DNA of 64,000 nt, taken from the NCBI GenBank assembly GCA_963664295.1, contig OY760935.1:320001-384000 (forward strand), given 5' to 3'. The notes below the pieces were generated by a model. The model saw nothing but the letters and a program-made list of their open reading frames with translations. It was not told where the DNA came from and searched no databases. Below, piece by piece: positions 40,947 through 50,635 of the stretch (the stretch's first letter is position 1; every line of letters begins with the position of its first letter). This DNA is from Candidatus Altimarinota bacterium. Its GTDB lineage: Bacteria; Patescibacteriota; Gracilibacteria; CAIRYL01; GCA-016699755. The position numbers and the translations under genes were made by a program.

Positions 40947-41006
40947 ATGTCAGGACATTCCAAATGGCACTCAATTCGGCACAAAAAAGGTGTAGCTGAA
41001 TTTTAA
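40947..41006 (+). pseudogene. Truncated yebC copy 2
   Basis: Identical to copy 1. Confidence 0.8.
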
Positions 41007-41100
41007 ATAAGTGGGCAGATATTCACTCGTCATGCTAACTTAATCACAAAAAATATTAAAAATAATATCAAAAAAACTTAACACAATTTAATCAAAAACT

Positions 41101-41835
41101 ATGTCAGGACATTCCAAATGGCACTCAATTCGGCACAAAAAAGGTGCAGCTGATGCAAAGAGGGGTCAAATTTTTACTCGTCATGCTAACTTAATCACAA
41201 TAGCAGCCAGAGACGGCGGAGGAGACGCAGATATGAATCCGGCGCTCAGAATTGCTATTGATAATGCCAAGAAAGAAAATATGCCTAATGCAAACATAGA
41301 TAGAGCAATAAAAAAAGGCACAGGAGAAGACAAAGACGGAGCAAGGCTCGAAGAAATGAGCTTTGAAGGTTATGGGCCAGAAGGAGTAGCTATTTTTGTA
41401 AAAGCAATTTCCGACAATAGAAATCGCACAGTTGCTAGCGTGCGCTCATCTTTTAGTAAACATGGAGGTAATCTTGGCGAATCCGGTTCTGTTGCTTGGA
41501 TGTTTCACCAAAAAGGCATAATAGAACTAGAAAATCTCAATGAAGATTTAGAAATGGTGGCAATAGAAAGTGGAGCAGAAGATATTCAAGATAATGAAAT
41601 AACCTGTGCAATGCAGGATTTTGCAGAATTAAAAAAAGCTCTTGAAGAAGCTGGAGCAAAAGTTGCAAGAGGAGAAATTGCTATGATTCCAGAAAATACA
41701 ATCAAAATAGAGGATGAAAGCAAAGCAAAACAAGTTTTACGACTTGTGGAAGCCCTAGAAGACAATGACGATGTCAGCTCTGTGTCTGCCAATTTTGATA
41801 TTCCTGAAGAAGTGCTTGAAAAAGCAATGAGCTAA
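41101..41835 (+). CDS. yebC: YebC/PmpR family protein
   Basis: MSGHSKW..I.HKK, NP.LR.AI, EGYGP.GVA, DN.NRT, LED.DDV..V..N. Confidence 0.95.
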   Translation: MSGHSKWHSIRHKKGAADAKRGQIFTRHANLITIAARDGGGDADMNPALRIAIDNAKKENMPNANIDRAIKKGTGEDKDGARLEEMSFEGYGPEGVAIFVKAISDNRNRTVASVRSSFSKHGGNLGESGSVAWMFHQKGIIELENLNEDLEMVAIESGAEDIQDNEITCAMQDFAELKKALEEAGAKVARGEIAMIPENTIKIEDESKAKQVLRLVEALEDNDDVSSVSANFDIPEEVLEKAMS

Positions 41836-41906
41836 ATCTATTTTTTAATTAAATAATCTACAAAGCCTTGTCAAGGTTTGTATTTTAGTGTAAAAATATC
41901 AAGCTT

Positions 41907-43652
41907 ATGAAAACATTTTTACGCACAATCGGCTATTTTAAAAACCATAAACTATGGGTGGCAGGACTTATTGTACTCGCTTTTTTTCAGTCCGTAGGTT
42001 CAATTATAGAGCCAATATTTTTTCGCGAAATCATTGATGCCTTTGTAAATCTTGGCGCAAGCCAAGAAACAGCGGAAGTTGTTTATAAAATCCTAAGTCT
42101 TTGGATTGGTGTCACAATAGTAGTTATTATAATAAACATTACTTTAACTTATTATGCTGACTTATTAGCACACAGATTATTTGTTTATGTTTGGGATAAT
42201 GCTATTAAAAGAGCACTTTCTTTGTCATTAAGCTTTCATGCCTCCAAAAAAGCAGGAAGCACAATGAAAAGAATAGAAAGAGGAGCAGATAATATTTTTA
42301 ATACCCAATTGGATTTTTTGCGCAATGATTTGCCAAAAATGTTTGCTTTTTTTGTTTTTATTCCTTTGTTGTTTTATCTTCATTGGAAAATGGCACTAAT
42401 TATTGTTGGTTTTTTACCAGTTCTTGCAGGAGTTGCCTTTTGGGGAAACAAACAAACAAGAGAAAAGCAAGACGCAGTTGAGGAAAAATGGACTCGTGCT
42501 TCTGGTTTTGCTTTTGATGCTGTAGCAAATATCTCAATAATCAAAAGTTTCACAGCATTCAAACACAAAACCAAAGAAATAAATGAACTAATCATGAAAG
42601 CACATGCTGAGCAAGTTTTAGTGCTTAAATGGTGGGCATTTTTAATAGTATTATCGAAAGGAGTAGGTATGATAGCTAATCTTTTGGTTTTTGTTGCTGG
42701 TACATATTTTTATCTTCATAATGAAATTACAGTTGGTGAAATTGTAATGTTTTTGGGCTTTGGCATGATTATTTTGTCCAATATTGAAGGACTTTTTTGG
42801 AGTTTTAATCAATTTCTTTGGAAAAGAGGTAAATTAAAACAATTTTTTGAAATTTGGGATGAAATTCCAGAAGTGCAAGATAAAAAAAATGCCAAAAAAA
42901 TGTCAAAAATAAAAGGTAATGTAGAATTTAAAAATGTCAGCTTTGCTCATGACAAAGGCAAAATATACGCACTCAAAAATGTTTCTTTTAAGGTGAAAAA
43001 AGGAGAAACAATCGCATTAGTAGGGCACACAGGAAGCGGAAAAACAACAACAGTAAACTTGCTCTCGCGTTTTTTTGATATTCAACATGGAGAAATACTT
43101 ATAGACAACATAAATGTTGCTGATGTCACGCAAAATTCACTAAGAAAAAATATAGGCATGGTTTTTCAAGAAAATTTTCTTTTTCATACATCAATCAGAG
43201 ACAACCTAATAATAGGCAATACAAAAGCCAGCCAAAAAGAGCTTGAAAAAGCTTGCAAAACAGCAGAAGCGCTAGGTTTTATTCAAAAATTACCTAAAAA
43301 ATTCGAAACAATAGTGGGAGAAAGGGGAGTAAAGCTTTCCGGCGGAGAAAAACAAAGAGTGGCAATAGCTCGCGCGCTTCTAAAAAATCCACCAATTTTG
43401 GTTTTGGACGAGGCAACTAGTGCTCTTGATGCAGAAACAGAACAAAAAATCCAAAAAGCTCTAGAAAAATTAATCAAAGGCAGAACAACTTTCATAGTTG
43501 CCCACAGGTTATCTACTATCAAAAAAGCTGATAAAATCATTGTTTTTGACAAAGGCAAAATTAAAGAAGTTGGAAATTATAAAGAGCTAATGACACAAAA
43601 AGGCGCTTTTGCAAAATTAGTAGAAGCACAAGTAGCTGGCTTTGTGGAATAA
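41907..43652 (+). CDS. ABC exporter, fused permease/ATPase (NdvA/MsbA-like)
   Basis: TM domain; GHTGSGKT, LSGGEKQR, LDEATSALD, AHRLST. Confidence 0.9.
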   Translation: MKTFLRTIGYFKNHKLWVAGLIVLAFFQSVGSIIEPIFFREIIDAFVNLGASQETAEVVYKILSLWIGVTIVVIIINITLTYYADLLAHRLFVYVWDNAIKRALSLSLSFHASKKAGSTMKRIERGADNIFNTQLDFLRNDLPKMFAFFVFIPLLFYLHWKMALIIVGFLPVLAGVAFWGNKQTREKQDAVEEKWTRASGFAFDAVANISIIKSFTAFKHKTKEINELIMKAHAEQVLVLKWWAFLIVLSKGVGMIANLLVFVAGTYFYLHNEITVGEIVMFLGFGMIILSNIEGLFWSFNQFLWKRGKLKQFFEIWDEIPEVQDKKNAKKMSKIKGNVEFKNVSFAHDKGKIYALKNVSFKVKKGETIALVGHTGSGKTTTVNLLSRFFDIQHGEILIDNINVADVTQNSLRKNIGMVFQENFLFHTSIRDNLIIGNTKASQKELEKACKTAEALGFIQKLPKKFETIVGERGVKLSGGEKQRVAIARALLKNPPILVLDEATSALDAETEQKIQKALEKLIKGRTTFIVAHRLSTIKKADKIIVFDKGKIKEVGNYKELMTQKGAFAKLVEAQVAGFVE

Positions 43653-43660
43653 ATATATAC

Positions 43661-43700
43661 AAAAAAAAGACCCGAACTCACAATGTTGCGATTCCGGGTC
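43661..43700 (-). terminator. Intrinsic terminator of cassette 2
   Basis: Minus strand gacccgga.tcgcaa-ca-ttgtga.ttcgggtc followed by T8. Confidence 0.8.
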
Positions 43701-43813
43701 AATTGTAGGCTCATTTGATGCACTAGCTTACTGTACCTACAATATCTTCACACTCATTCAGGAGTTTGAAGATCTGCAAGTTAGAAAACCAAATGCAACC
43801 TACAATTGACCCG
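43695..43813 (-). ncRNA. Unclassified ~120-nt rod-shaped structured RNA
   Basis: Perfect 15-bp terminal stem cgggtcaattgtagg/cctacaattgacccg; inner stems catttgg/tcaaatg, acttgca/tgtaggt, atcttca/tgaagat, actc/gagt; several G-U pairs form only on the minus strand. Confidence 0.6.
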
Positions 43814-43852
43814 AACAGCGTGGTGGTGTTTTCAAAGGAAAAATTTTACGTT

Positions 43853-44233
43853 TTACTCTTTTGATAAATCAAAAACAGCATATTCTGCCACAGCAGCAAT
43901 AATCAAGACTAATATAGTAACAAAACAGGTGGGCCATCCTAGTAGATAATTAATTACCACTAGGATTAAAGATATGAGCACAACAAGTCTAATTTTGCCC
44001 ATGTCTTTATTGTGCATTGATATGAAAATAATTGCTGCAACTAAGGCTGGTAAGAAAATTAGCTGCGAAAAAACCCTTAAAATAAGCCCTGTCATTTTAT
44101 CTTCATCAGAAAAAATGCCAAAGATACTAAAGATCGGATAGTGATTATCCCAAAGGCAAACTACAATCACAGCAATCATATAAACCATCAGCCTAATAAC
44201 TTGCTTTTCTTTGGGGCCTGGTAGTTTTGTCAT
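43853..44233 (-). CDS. Small orphan membrane protein (about 4 TM)
   Basis: Strong SD aaaagaaaggag; highly hydrophobic. Confidence 0.7.
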   Translation of the reverse strand: MTKLPGPKEKQVIRLMVYMIAVIVVCLWDNHYPIFSIFGIFSDEDKMTGLILRVFSQLIFLPALVAAIIFISMHNKDMGKIRLVVLISLILVVINYLLGWPTCFVTILVLIIAAVAEYAVFDLSKE

Positions 44234-44262
44234 AAAAAATATCTCCTTTCTTTTTCCTTTGA

Positions 44263-44332
44263 TTGATCACCAAGCGAGCTTCTATAAAACAAAAACCCAG
44301 TTGGTGACCAAAAATCGATAATATCAAAGATC
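44263..44332 (-). ncRNA. Structured leader of cassette 2: boxA-like GATCTTTGATAT plus a long stem
   Basis: Minus strand ttggtcaccaa/ttggtgatcaa, extended by gggttttt/agaagctc, with G-U pairs. Confidence 0.5.
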
Positions 44333-44342
44333 AGAGTTGCTT

Positions 44343-44370
44343 ATTATAAATATAATTATATTTTTGTCAA
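44343..44370 (-). promoter_or_regulatory. Consensus sigma70 promoter of cassette 2
   Basis: TTGACA, 16-bp spacer, TATAAT on the minus strand. Confidence 0.7.
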
Positions 44371-44387
44371 GATATATAAAGCTAAAC

Positions 44388-44415
44388 AAAAAACCCGCCT
44401 CTATTTCAAGGCGGG
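44388..44415 (-). terminator. Terminator of the SLH/beta-propeller gene
   Basis: cccgcct/aggcggg stem with a T-run on the minus strand. Confidence 0.7.
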
Positions 44416-44442
44416 CTTAAATAATTCAATAATTACAGATTA

Positions 44443-46992
44443 TTAAAAAAACCAATAAGGATCTCTTGAAGGACTATCCTGCACTTCACTGCCTTCAAGT
44501 TCAACAGTATTTGCCACAGAAATATCATCCCAATTAAGAGCTTTTACAAAACCAGGAGCAACAGAGTAAAAATAATCACCAATATAAATCATTCTTTGAA
44601 TATTTTTATTATAATCACCATAAAAATACTCACCTGATTTTAAATAAACATCATCATCGTCATCATAATTGCTCACTTTTCCTTTTAAAGAAAACCCATT
44701 TTCAAGATCAATGTCATAAACATAAGCGCCAGCAAACACAGTCTGAATATCAGCATCATAGCCATGTTCATCACTTTTATTCTCTGTCACTGTAATTGGA
44801 AAAGCTAAAATACCCTTATTTTTGTCAAAAAGAAGTGCTTTGTGATTATTCAAAACCTCGCTTGTTGTACCGCGATAGCCAATTACTTCTTTGTGAATTT
44901 CTTTTGGATTTTCCACATCAGAAACATCAAAAATAGCAAGTTTCATGCCAAGCACAGCGGTATAATAGATTGCATGATCTGAATGAATTTTGTCTGCGTC
45001 TATGCTTTCATCAACCTCTTTACCAAAGCCGATTAAATGGTTTTCATCATAAGGATGAAGATAATCAGACCAGCCAGGTATTTTTAATTTACCAAGCACT
45101 CTAGGGTTTTCCGGATCAAGATCAACAACAAAAAGGGGATCAACTGTTTTAAATGTCACTAAATAAGCTCTATTGCCCATAAAACGAGCTGATTTCATAT
45201 TTTCTCCTGGAGCTATTTCATCAACTTTACCAGTTTCTTCAAGATCTTTATCTAAAATTGTCACCATTGTTTCAGAAAGGCTATTACCCCAAGCTTGACC
45301 TTTTTGTGTGGCAATGCGGAAATAGTCTCCACTTTCACTCATAGAAAATTGATTTAATATTCTTCCTTCTGCTTTTCCTTTGGCCTTATATTTTATATTT
45401 GTGCCATCAAGATTGAATTTAAAAATTTGTGTAAATTCTCCGTTTGTCCAGCCTTCATCTGTGCCATCTTTGTAGTAAACTTCTTCCCAAACAGGACGAG
45501 TGACATAAAGATTATCAGTAGAAGCATATATTTCGCTTCCAGAGCCTAAAAACATCTCTCTTTCTACTTTTTTACTAGTATCATTAATATCTATTGCTGA
45601 GATTATTAAGTAATTTGGATCAGAGAAATTTGGAAAATAATGAACACCACCACAAGCACTAACTATTTCTTCATCTTCAAAAGCAGAGTCATCAAATTTT
45701 GGCAAATCATCTTCAAGAATAGGTTCACCTCTATAATAATTTGCTTTATTAGCAACTACATAAACCACATCTTCAATTTTGCGTGAACTTACATAATTAG
45801 CATCAAAAGTGACACTACGAACCTTTGATGGACTTGTGCGATCAGAAACATCATAAACAAATACTTTTAAAGTATTATAGTCATAATAAGGATAATATTC
45901 TTTGCTTGCTAATCTCGCACTACCTTGAGAAACCCAAGGGGAATAGCCACCATTACCAATAATGACTAATTTGTCCTCATCTAAATACATTTCACGAGGA
46001 TAAAAACTGTCACCATCAACCTCCAAAATAGCACTTTCCATCATATTTTCCGGTGGATATGCTTTTACAATTCTCACAGTATTTCCTTTTATTAAGAAAA
46101 TATGAGAACCATCATTTTTAACTATATCTGCCTCGTCAACACCAAATTCTTGTACATTTGTTGTGGAATACTCAGCAGAGGCACCTGTATCCGTTTCTTG
46201 TGATTTCGCCATTGATTGTTCTGCTGTAGGAGTAGGAGCAGCAGCGCCAACGGCATCATCTGCTTCTTCTGCAAAAACCATATCTACATCATCTTCTAAG
46301 AAACCACCATCTCTATATCCATTATAATAAGAAACACTATTTCTTTTTTGATATTTTGCCATTTGTGTAGAAAGCTCAGCACAAGAATTGACCTGCGGTA
46401 AATCGCCTAATTGTTCATTTTCAACCTCATTTCCTGTTTGAATACCCCAGATAATTTCAGACATCTCACCACGAGATATATCTTTATTCATTTTGGCTAT
46501 TGTGCCAGGAATAACCCTTTCTTGACCAAGAGCATCAACAAAAGCTTGATACCATTCACCATTTTCATCTTCAGTAATTTCTAAATCATACAAATTAGCT
46601 ACTATTTTTGCGGCTTCAACAAAATTAATTTTATTATCTGGCTTAAATGTTCCATCAGGATAACCAGCCACTATATCATTATTAGTTGCATAACAAACAT
46701 AAGAATAGAACCAATCGTCCTCGGAAACATCAGGATAAGCTATTTTTGGGTCAGTGCAAGCATCTTCATAATCTTCACTAGCCTCAAGGACAATTTTAAG
46801 AAATTCTGCCCTGCTAATATCCTGATCAGGGCGAAAAGTGCCGTCTTGATAACCTTCAATAACACCTTTTTCTTCAAGGTATTGAACAGCACGACTGGAT
46901 CTTGTGCCATGGGCATCATCAAAATCCATTTTTGCAGCCATTGGTAAAAGCAAAATAGCTACCAAAAAGCTTAAAGAAATGATTTTTTTCAT
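44443..46992 (-). CDS. SLH-anchored secreted beta-propeller protein (Beta_propel family)
   Basis: N-terminal SLH repeats; YSTTNVQEFGVDEADIVKNDG, LNQFSM.E, YLVTFKTVDPLFV, LKIPGWSDYLHP; likely start is ATG 46992. Confidence 0.88.
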   Translation of the reverse strand: MKKIISLSFLVAILLLPMAAKMDFDDAHGTRSSRAVQYLEEKGVIEGYQDGTFRPDQDISRAEFLKIVLEASEDYEDACTDPKIAYPDVSEDDWFYSYVCYATNNDIVAGYPDGTFKPDNKINFVEAAKIVANLYDLEITEDENGEWYQAFVDALGQERVIPGTIAKMNKDISRGEMSEIIWGIQTGNEVENEQLGDLPQVNSCAELSTQMAKYQKRNSVSYYNGYRDGGFLEDDVDMVFAEEADDAVGAAAPTPTAEQSMAKSQETDTGASAEYSTTNVQEFGVDEADIVKNDGSHIFLIKGNTVRIVKAYPPENMMESAILEVDGDSFYPREMYLDEDKLVIIGNGGYSPWVSQGSARLASKEYYPYYDYNTLKVFVYDVSDRTSPSKVRSVTFDANYVSSRKIEDVVYVVANKANYYRGEPILEDDLPKFDDSAFEDEEIVSACGGVHYFPNFSDPNYLIISAIDINDTSKKVEREMFLGSGSEIYASTDNLYVTRPVWEEVYYKDGTDEGWTNGEFTQIFKFNLDGTNIKYKAKGKAEGRILNQFSMSESGDYFRIATQKGQAWGNSLSETMVTILDKDLEETGKVDEIAPGENMKSARFMGNRAYLVTFKTVDPLFVVDLDPENPRVLGKLKIPGWSDYLHPYDENHLIGFGKEVDESIDADKIHSDHAIYYTAVLGMKLAIFDVSDVENPKEIHKEVIGYRGTTSEVLNNHKALLFDKNKGILAFPITVTENKSDEHGYDADIQTVFAGAYVYDIDLENGFSLKGKVSNYDDDDDVYLKSGEYFYGDYNKNIQRMIYIGDYFYSVAPGFVKALNWDDISVANTVELEGSEVQDSPSRDPYWFF

Positions 46993-47111
46993 GTTTTCTA
47001 GAAAAATTTTAAATATCCACACTTGGATACGATATAGATTATAGAAAGGTTACAAAATAAATACAATTTTTCTTTTCAAAGAAGCTTTTTTATGAAAAAA
47101 TATCCTTACTC

Positions 47112-48665
47112 ATGAATTTAGCAAGAAAGTACAGACCAAGGCATTTTAATGAGATTGTTGGACAAGAACATGTCACAAAAACAATTTTAAATTCATTAAA
47201 AAAAGATTTTGTTTCCCATGCTTTTCTTTTTTGTGGCGTCAGAGGAACAGGTAAAACATCAATTGCTCGTTTATTGGCAAAATCATTAAATTGCTTAAAT
47301 CCTCAAGATGGCGAACTTTGCAATGAGTGTGAAATGTGTTTATCTGCCAATCAAGGAAGATTGGTTGATTTAATTGAAATCGACGCCGCTTCTCATACTG
47401 GAGTAGATAATGTGCGTGAACTAATAGACAAAATGCAATTTCAGCCAACAATGGCAAAAAGAAAAATCCATATTATAGATGAGGTTCATATGCTCTCCAG
47501 AGGTGCTTTTAATGCACTTTTAAAAACTTTAGAAGAGCCACCAGAGCATGTTTATTTTATTTTAGCCACTACAGAAAGACACAAAATTCCCGATACTATT
47601 CAGTCCCGTTGTCAGATTTTTAATTTCAAACACCTTTCAAAAAATGAAATCGCAGGCAGATTGCAAGAATTATGCGACAAAGAACAAGTTGAAACAGACA
47701 GAGATGCATTACTTATGATTGCCAATGAAGCAGGAGGAAGCATGCGAGATGCCATTTTTCTTTTAGAACAATATTCCGGAGAAGGTAAATTAGATGCAAA
47801 AATTCTTGCTAAAGAGCTTGGACTAGCTCCACAAACCTCATTGGAAAATCTTTATCAACTTTTAATTGAAAAAAACACCAAAGAAGCAATTGAGTTAGTG
47901 ACAGGAATAGCCAATGAAGGCTTTTCTCTAAGTAATTTTTCAAAAAGTTTTTTGAGTTTTCTTAGGGATCAAATGTTGGAAATGGTAGAAGCGGACAAAA
48001 AAGAAGAATTGCCTGATATTTTAGAAAAAATTAGAATTTTTTCCCGTGCTCATGTGGACTTAAAAAGTTCAGTCATACCAACTTTACCCTTGGAAGTAGC
48101 TATAGTTTCTGTTATTGAAGAAAGTGAGCAAGACAAAAAAGAAGAAAAATCAGGTGGTTGGTTTTCATTTGGCGCAAAAAAACAAGAAACAACAAAGAAA
48201 AAGGAAGCAAAGCAAGAAGTAAAAGAAAAAAATGAAGAGCAAGTAAAAACAGCAGAAAACACAGAAGAAAAAGAAAAAACCGAAGAAAAAAGTGCTGTCT
48301 TCGAAGCACCAGAAATTAATTTTGAAAGTGTGCAAAAGCTTTGGCCAAATATAATAGACAAAATTCCTTCCCCAGGAGTAAAAATGGCATTAAAACAAGC
48401 TAAAATAATATCTGCAGATCACGAAAAACTCATACTTGGTTTTTCTGCTAATTTATTTAAAGAAAGACTAGACACACCATTAGGAAATAAAGAATTCATC
48501 ACAGTTTTTGAAGAATTTTTTAAAACTCCAATTAAACTAGAAACTAAAATTGAGAGAATAAGCTTGGAGCCAACAGAAAACACAGAAGAAAAAGATGACG
48601 AAAAATTAACAGGTAAAGACCTAGGCGATGCAGTTGAAGAAATATTTAGCAATCCTGGTGCATAA
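47112..48665 (+). CDS. dnaX: DNA polymerase III subunit gamma/tau
   Basis: LARKYRP, G.RGTGKT, IIDEVHML, AFNALLKTLEEPP, SRC. Confidence 0.96.
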   Translation: MNLARKYRPRHFNEIVGQEHVTKTILNSLKKDFVSHAFLFCGVRGTGKTSIARLLAKSLNCLNPQDGELCNECEMCLSANQGRLVDLIEIDAASHTGVDNVRELIDKMQFQPTMAKRKIHIIDEVHMLSRGAFNALLKTLEEPPEHVYFILATTERHKIPDTIQSRCQIFNFKHLSKNEIAGRLQELCDKEQVETDRDALLMIANEAGGSMRDAIFLLEQYSGEGKLDAKILAKELGLAPQTSLENLYQLLIEKNTKEAIELVTGIANEGFSLSNFSKSFLSFLRDQMLEMVEADKKEELPDILEKIRIFSRAHVDLKSSVIPTLPLEVAIVSVIEESEQDKKEEKSGGWFSFGAKKQETTKKKEAKQEVKEKNEEQVKTAENTEEKEKTEEKSAVFEAPEINFESVQKLWPNIIDKIPSPGVKMALKQAKIISADHEKLILGFSANLFKERLDTPLGNKEFITVFEEFFKTPIKLETKIERISLEPTENTEEKDDEKLTGKDLGDAVEEIFSNPGA

Positions 48666-49242
48666 AAATTCCTCCAAGATAAGGCAGGAAAAACAATCAA
48701 TAAGAACTAAGCTTCTCAAAAAAAGAGAGAGTATTTCAAAAAAAGAACAAAAAGAAAAATCTCAAAAAATTTGTGAATTATTAAAAAATTCATCTATTTT
48801 TCAAAAAGCAAAAAAAATAATGTTTTTTGTTCCTACAAAAAATGAGGTAGATATTTTTCCTGTTATTAAAGAAAGCTTGGAAGGAAAAGAGGTTTTTTTG
48901 CCTTGTTTAACAGCAAAAGAGGGGATTATGACTGTTCGTAAAATTACTAAAATAAATCAACTTAAAAAAAATACTTTTAATATTTATGAACCTTGCAATC
49001 AGCAATGTGAACTTGCTGACCCAAAAAATTTTGATCTTATTATAGTGCCTGCTGTTGGTATGGATAAAAAAGGTAATAGAATTGGGTTTGGCAAAGGATA
49101 TTACGACCAATTTTTACCTAAAACAACTGCAAAAACAATTGCTGTAATTTTTTCCTATCAATTGATTGACAAAATTCCAACAGAAAAGCATGATATAGCT
49201 ATAAAAACTGTCTTAACCGAAGACAGATTACATCATTTTTAA
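48658..49242 (+). CDS. ygfA: 5-formyltetrahydrofolate cyclo-ligase
   Basis: DLIIVPAV..D..GNRIGFGKGYYD, P.EKHD; start uncertain (GTG 48658 or ATG 48628). Confidence 0.9.
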   Translation: MHKNSSKIRQEKQSIRTKLLKKRESISKKEQKEKSQKICELLKNSSIFQKAKKIMFFVPTKNEVDIFPVIKESLEGKEVFLPCLTAKEGIMTVRKITKINQLKKNTFNIYEPCNQQCELADPKNFDLIIVPAVGMDKKGNRIGFGKGYYDQFLPKTTAKTIAVIFSYQLIDKIPTEKHDIAIKTVLTEDRLHHF

Positions 49243-49260
49243 ATCTTTTTCCCAAAAACA

Positions 49261-50526
49261 ATGGATTTTACAAAAAATGTTCAACTCTTAAAAGAAAACG
49301 ATCCTGATATTTACAATGCCTTAGTTGGCGAAGAGGAGCGTGAAAAAAAAGGAATTGAGCTAATTCCTTCTGAAAACTACACTTATCCTGAGGTTTTTGT
49401 TGCCAATGGATCGATTTTAACAAATAAATACGCAGAAGGTTATCCAGGGAAAAGATATTATGGCGGTCAAGAGTTTACAGATATCGTTGAAAGTTTAGCT
49501 CGCGAAAGAGCTTGCCAAGCTTTTAAGTGCGATCATGCCAATGTTCAACCATTGTCTGGTTCTCCTATGAATCAAGCAGTTTATCTTGCCTTTTTGAAAC
49601 CAGGAGACACTGTTCTTGGTATGGACTTATCCCATGGTGGTCATTTAACTCATGGTCATCCAGTTTCTCATATGGGTAAAATTTTTAATTTTGTTCGTTA
49701 TAAAACTCATCCAGAAAATGAAGGAAAAATTGATTTTGATGAATTAATGAAAGTTGCCAAAGAAACAAAGCCAAAAATTGTTCTTTGTGGTTATACTTCG
49801 TATCCTCGTGATTATGATTATGCTGATTTTAAAAAAGTAGCTGATGAAGTTGGAGCAATTACAATGGCAGATGTGGCTCATATTGGTGGTCTTATAGCTG
49901 GTGGCGCAATGCGCAATCCTTTTGATTATGGTTTTGATATAGTCACAACCACAACCCACAAAAGTTTGCGTGGACCAAGAGGGGGAATGATTTTATGTAA
50001 AAAAGAATTCGCACAAGCAATTGATAAATCAGTATTCCCAGGATTGCAAGGAGGTCCTCACATGAATACAATTTCTGCCATTGCTGTCACTCTTGGCAAA
50101 GCATTAAAGCCAGAGTTCAAAGAATACGCCCAACAAATACTTAAAAACGCAAAAACATTAGCACAAACCTTGATGGACGGTGGTGCAAAATTAATCACAG
50201 ATGGCACAGATAATCACATGATGGTTGTAAATACTGTAGAAAGTTTTGGCTTAGGTGGTACAGAAGCAGAAAAAATCCTCGATGAAGTCTCAATCACTTG
50301 CAATAAACAAGTAATTCCTGATGATCCAAATCCACCTTTAAAACCTTCTGGAATTCGTTTAGGTACTCCTGCGGCTACAACCAGAGGCATGAAAGAAGAA
50401 GACATGAAAAAGATTGGTAATTGGATGCTTGAGGCATTAAAAAATCACCAAGATGAAGCAAAAATGGCTAGTATTAAGCAAGAAGTAGAAGCATATTGCT
50501 CACAGTTCCCAGTTCCAGGTATTTAA
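49261..50526 (+). CDS. glyA: Serine hydroxymethyltransferase
   Basis: LIPSEN, NKYAEGYPG.RYYGG, HGGHLTHG, TTTHKSLRGPRGG. Confidence 0.97.
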   Translation: MDFTKNVQLLKENDPDIYNALVGEEEREKKGIELIPSENYTYPEVFVANGSILTNKYAEGYPGKRYYGGQEFTDIVESLARERACQAFKCDHANVQPLSGSPMNQAVYLAFLKPGDTVLGMDLSHGGHLTHGHPVSHMGKIFNFVRYKTHPENEGKIDFDELMKVAKETKPKIVLCGYTSYPRDYDYADFKKVADEVGAITMADVAHIGGLIAGGAMRNPFDYGFDIVTTTTHKSLRGPRGGMILCKKEFAQAIDKSVFPGLQGGPHMNTISAIAVTLGKALKPEFKEYAQQILKNAKTLAQTLMDGGAKLITDGTDNHMMVVNTVESFGLGGTEAEKILDEVSITCNKQVIPDDPNPPLKPSGIRLGTPAATTRGMKEEDMKKIGNWMLEALKNHQDEAKMASIKQEVEAYCSQFPVPGI

Positions 50527-50547
50527 TTTCATTTATTTTTGTTATTT

Positions 50548-50575
50548 AAAAACCGCTTACATAAGCGGTTTTTTT
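50548..50575 (+). terminator. glyA terminator
   Basis: aaaaaccgctta-ca-taagcggttttttt. Confidence 0.8.
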
Positions 50576-50595
50576 ATTTTTAAATAATTATTTTT

Positions 50596-50635
50596 TATTA
50601 CTGTATTACTGTACTGGTACACTAATACAGTAATA
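50596..50635. repeat. 40-bp AT-rich inverted repeat (19-bp arms, one mismatch)
   Basis: tattactgtattactgtac-tg-gtacactaatacagtaata. Confidence 0.85.

Larger units (their letters stand above)
40772..41146 (+). repeat. 154-bp tandem repeat (two full copies plus the start of the real yebC) spanning the leuD 3' end and yebC 5' end
   Basis: Units start at 40772, 40926 and 41080; ATGTCAGGACATTCC at 40793, 40947 and 41101. Confidence 0.95.

Noticed and set aside
40772-41146. CRISPR array
   Set aside because: Units are identical 154-bp gene-derived copies with no unique spacers, and there are no cas genes
43695-43813. SRP (4.5S) RNA
   Set aside because: Lacks the GGAA tetraloop and the CAGG/AGCAG internal loop of domain IV
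48560-48660. 6S RNA upstream of ygfA (common synteny)
   Set aside because: ygfA overlaps the dnaX end, so there is no intergenic space
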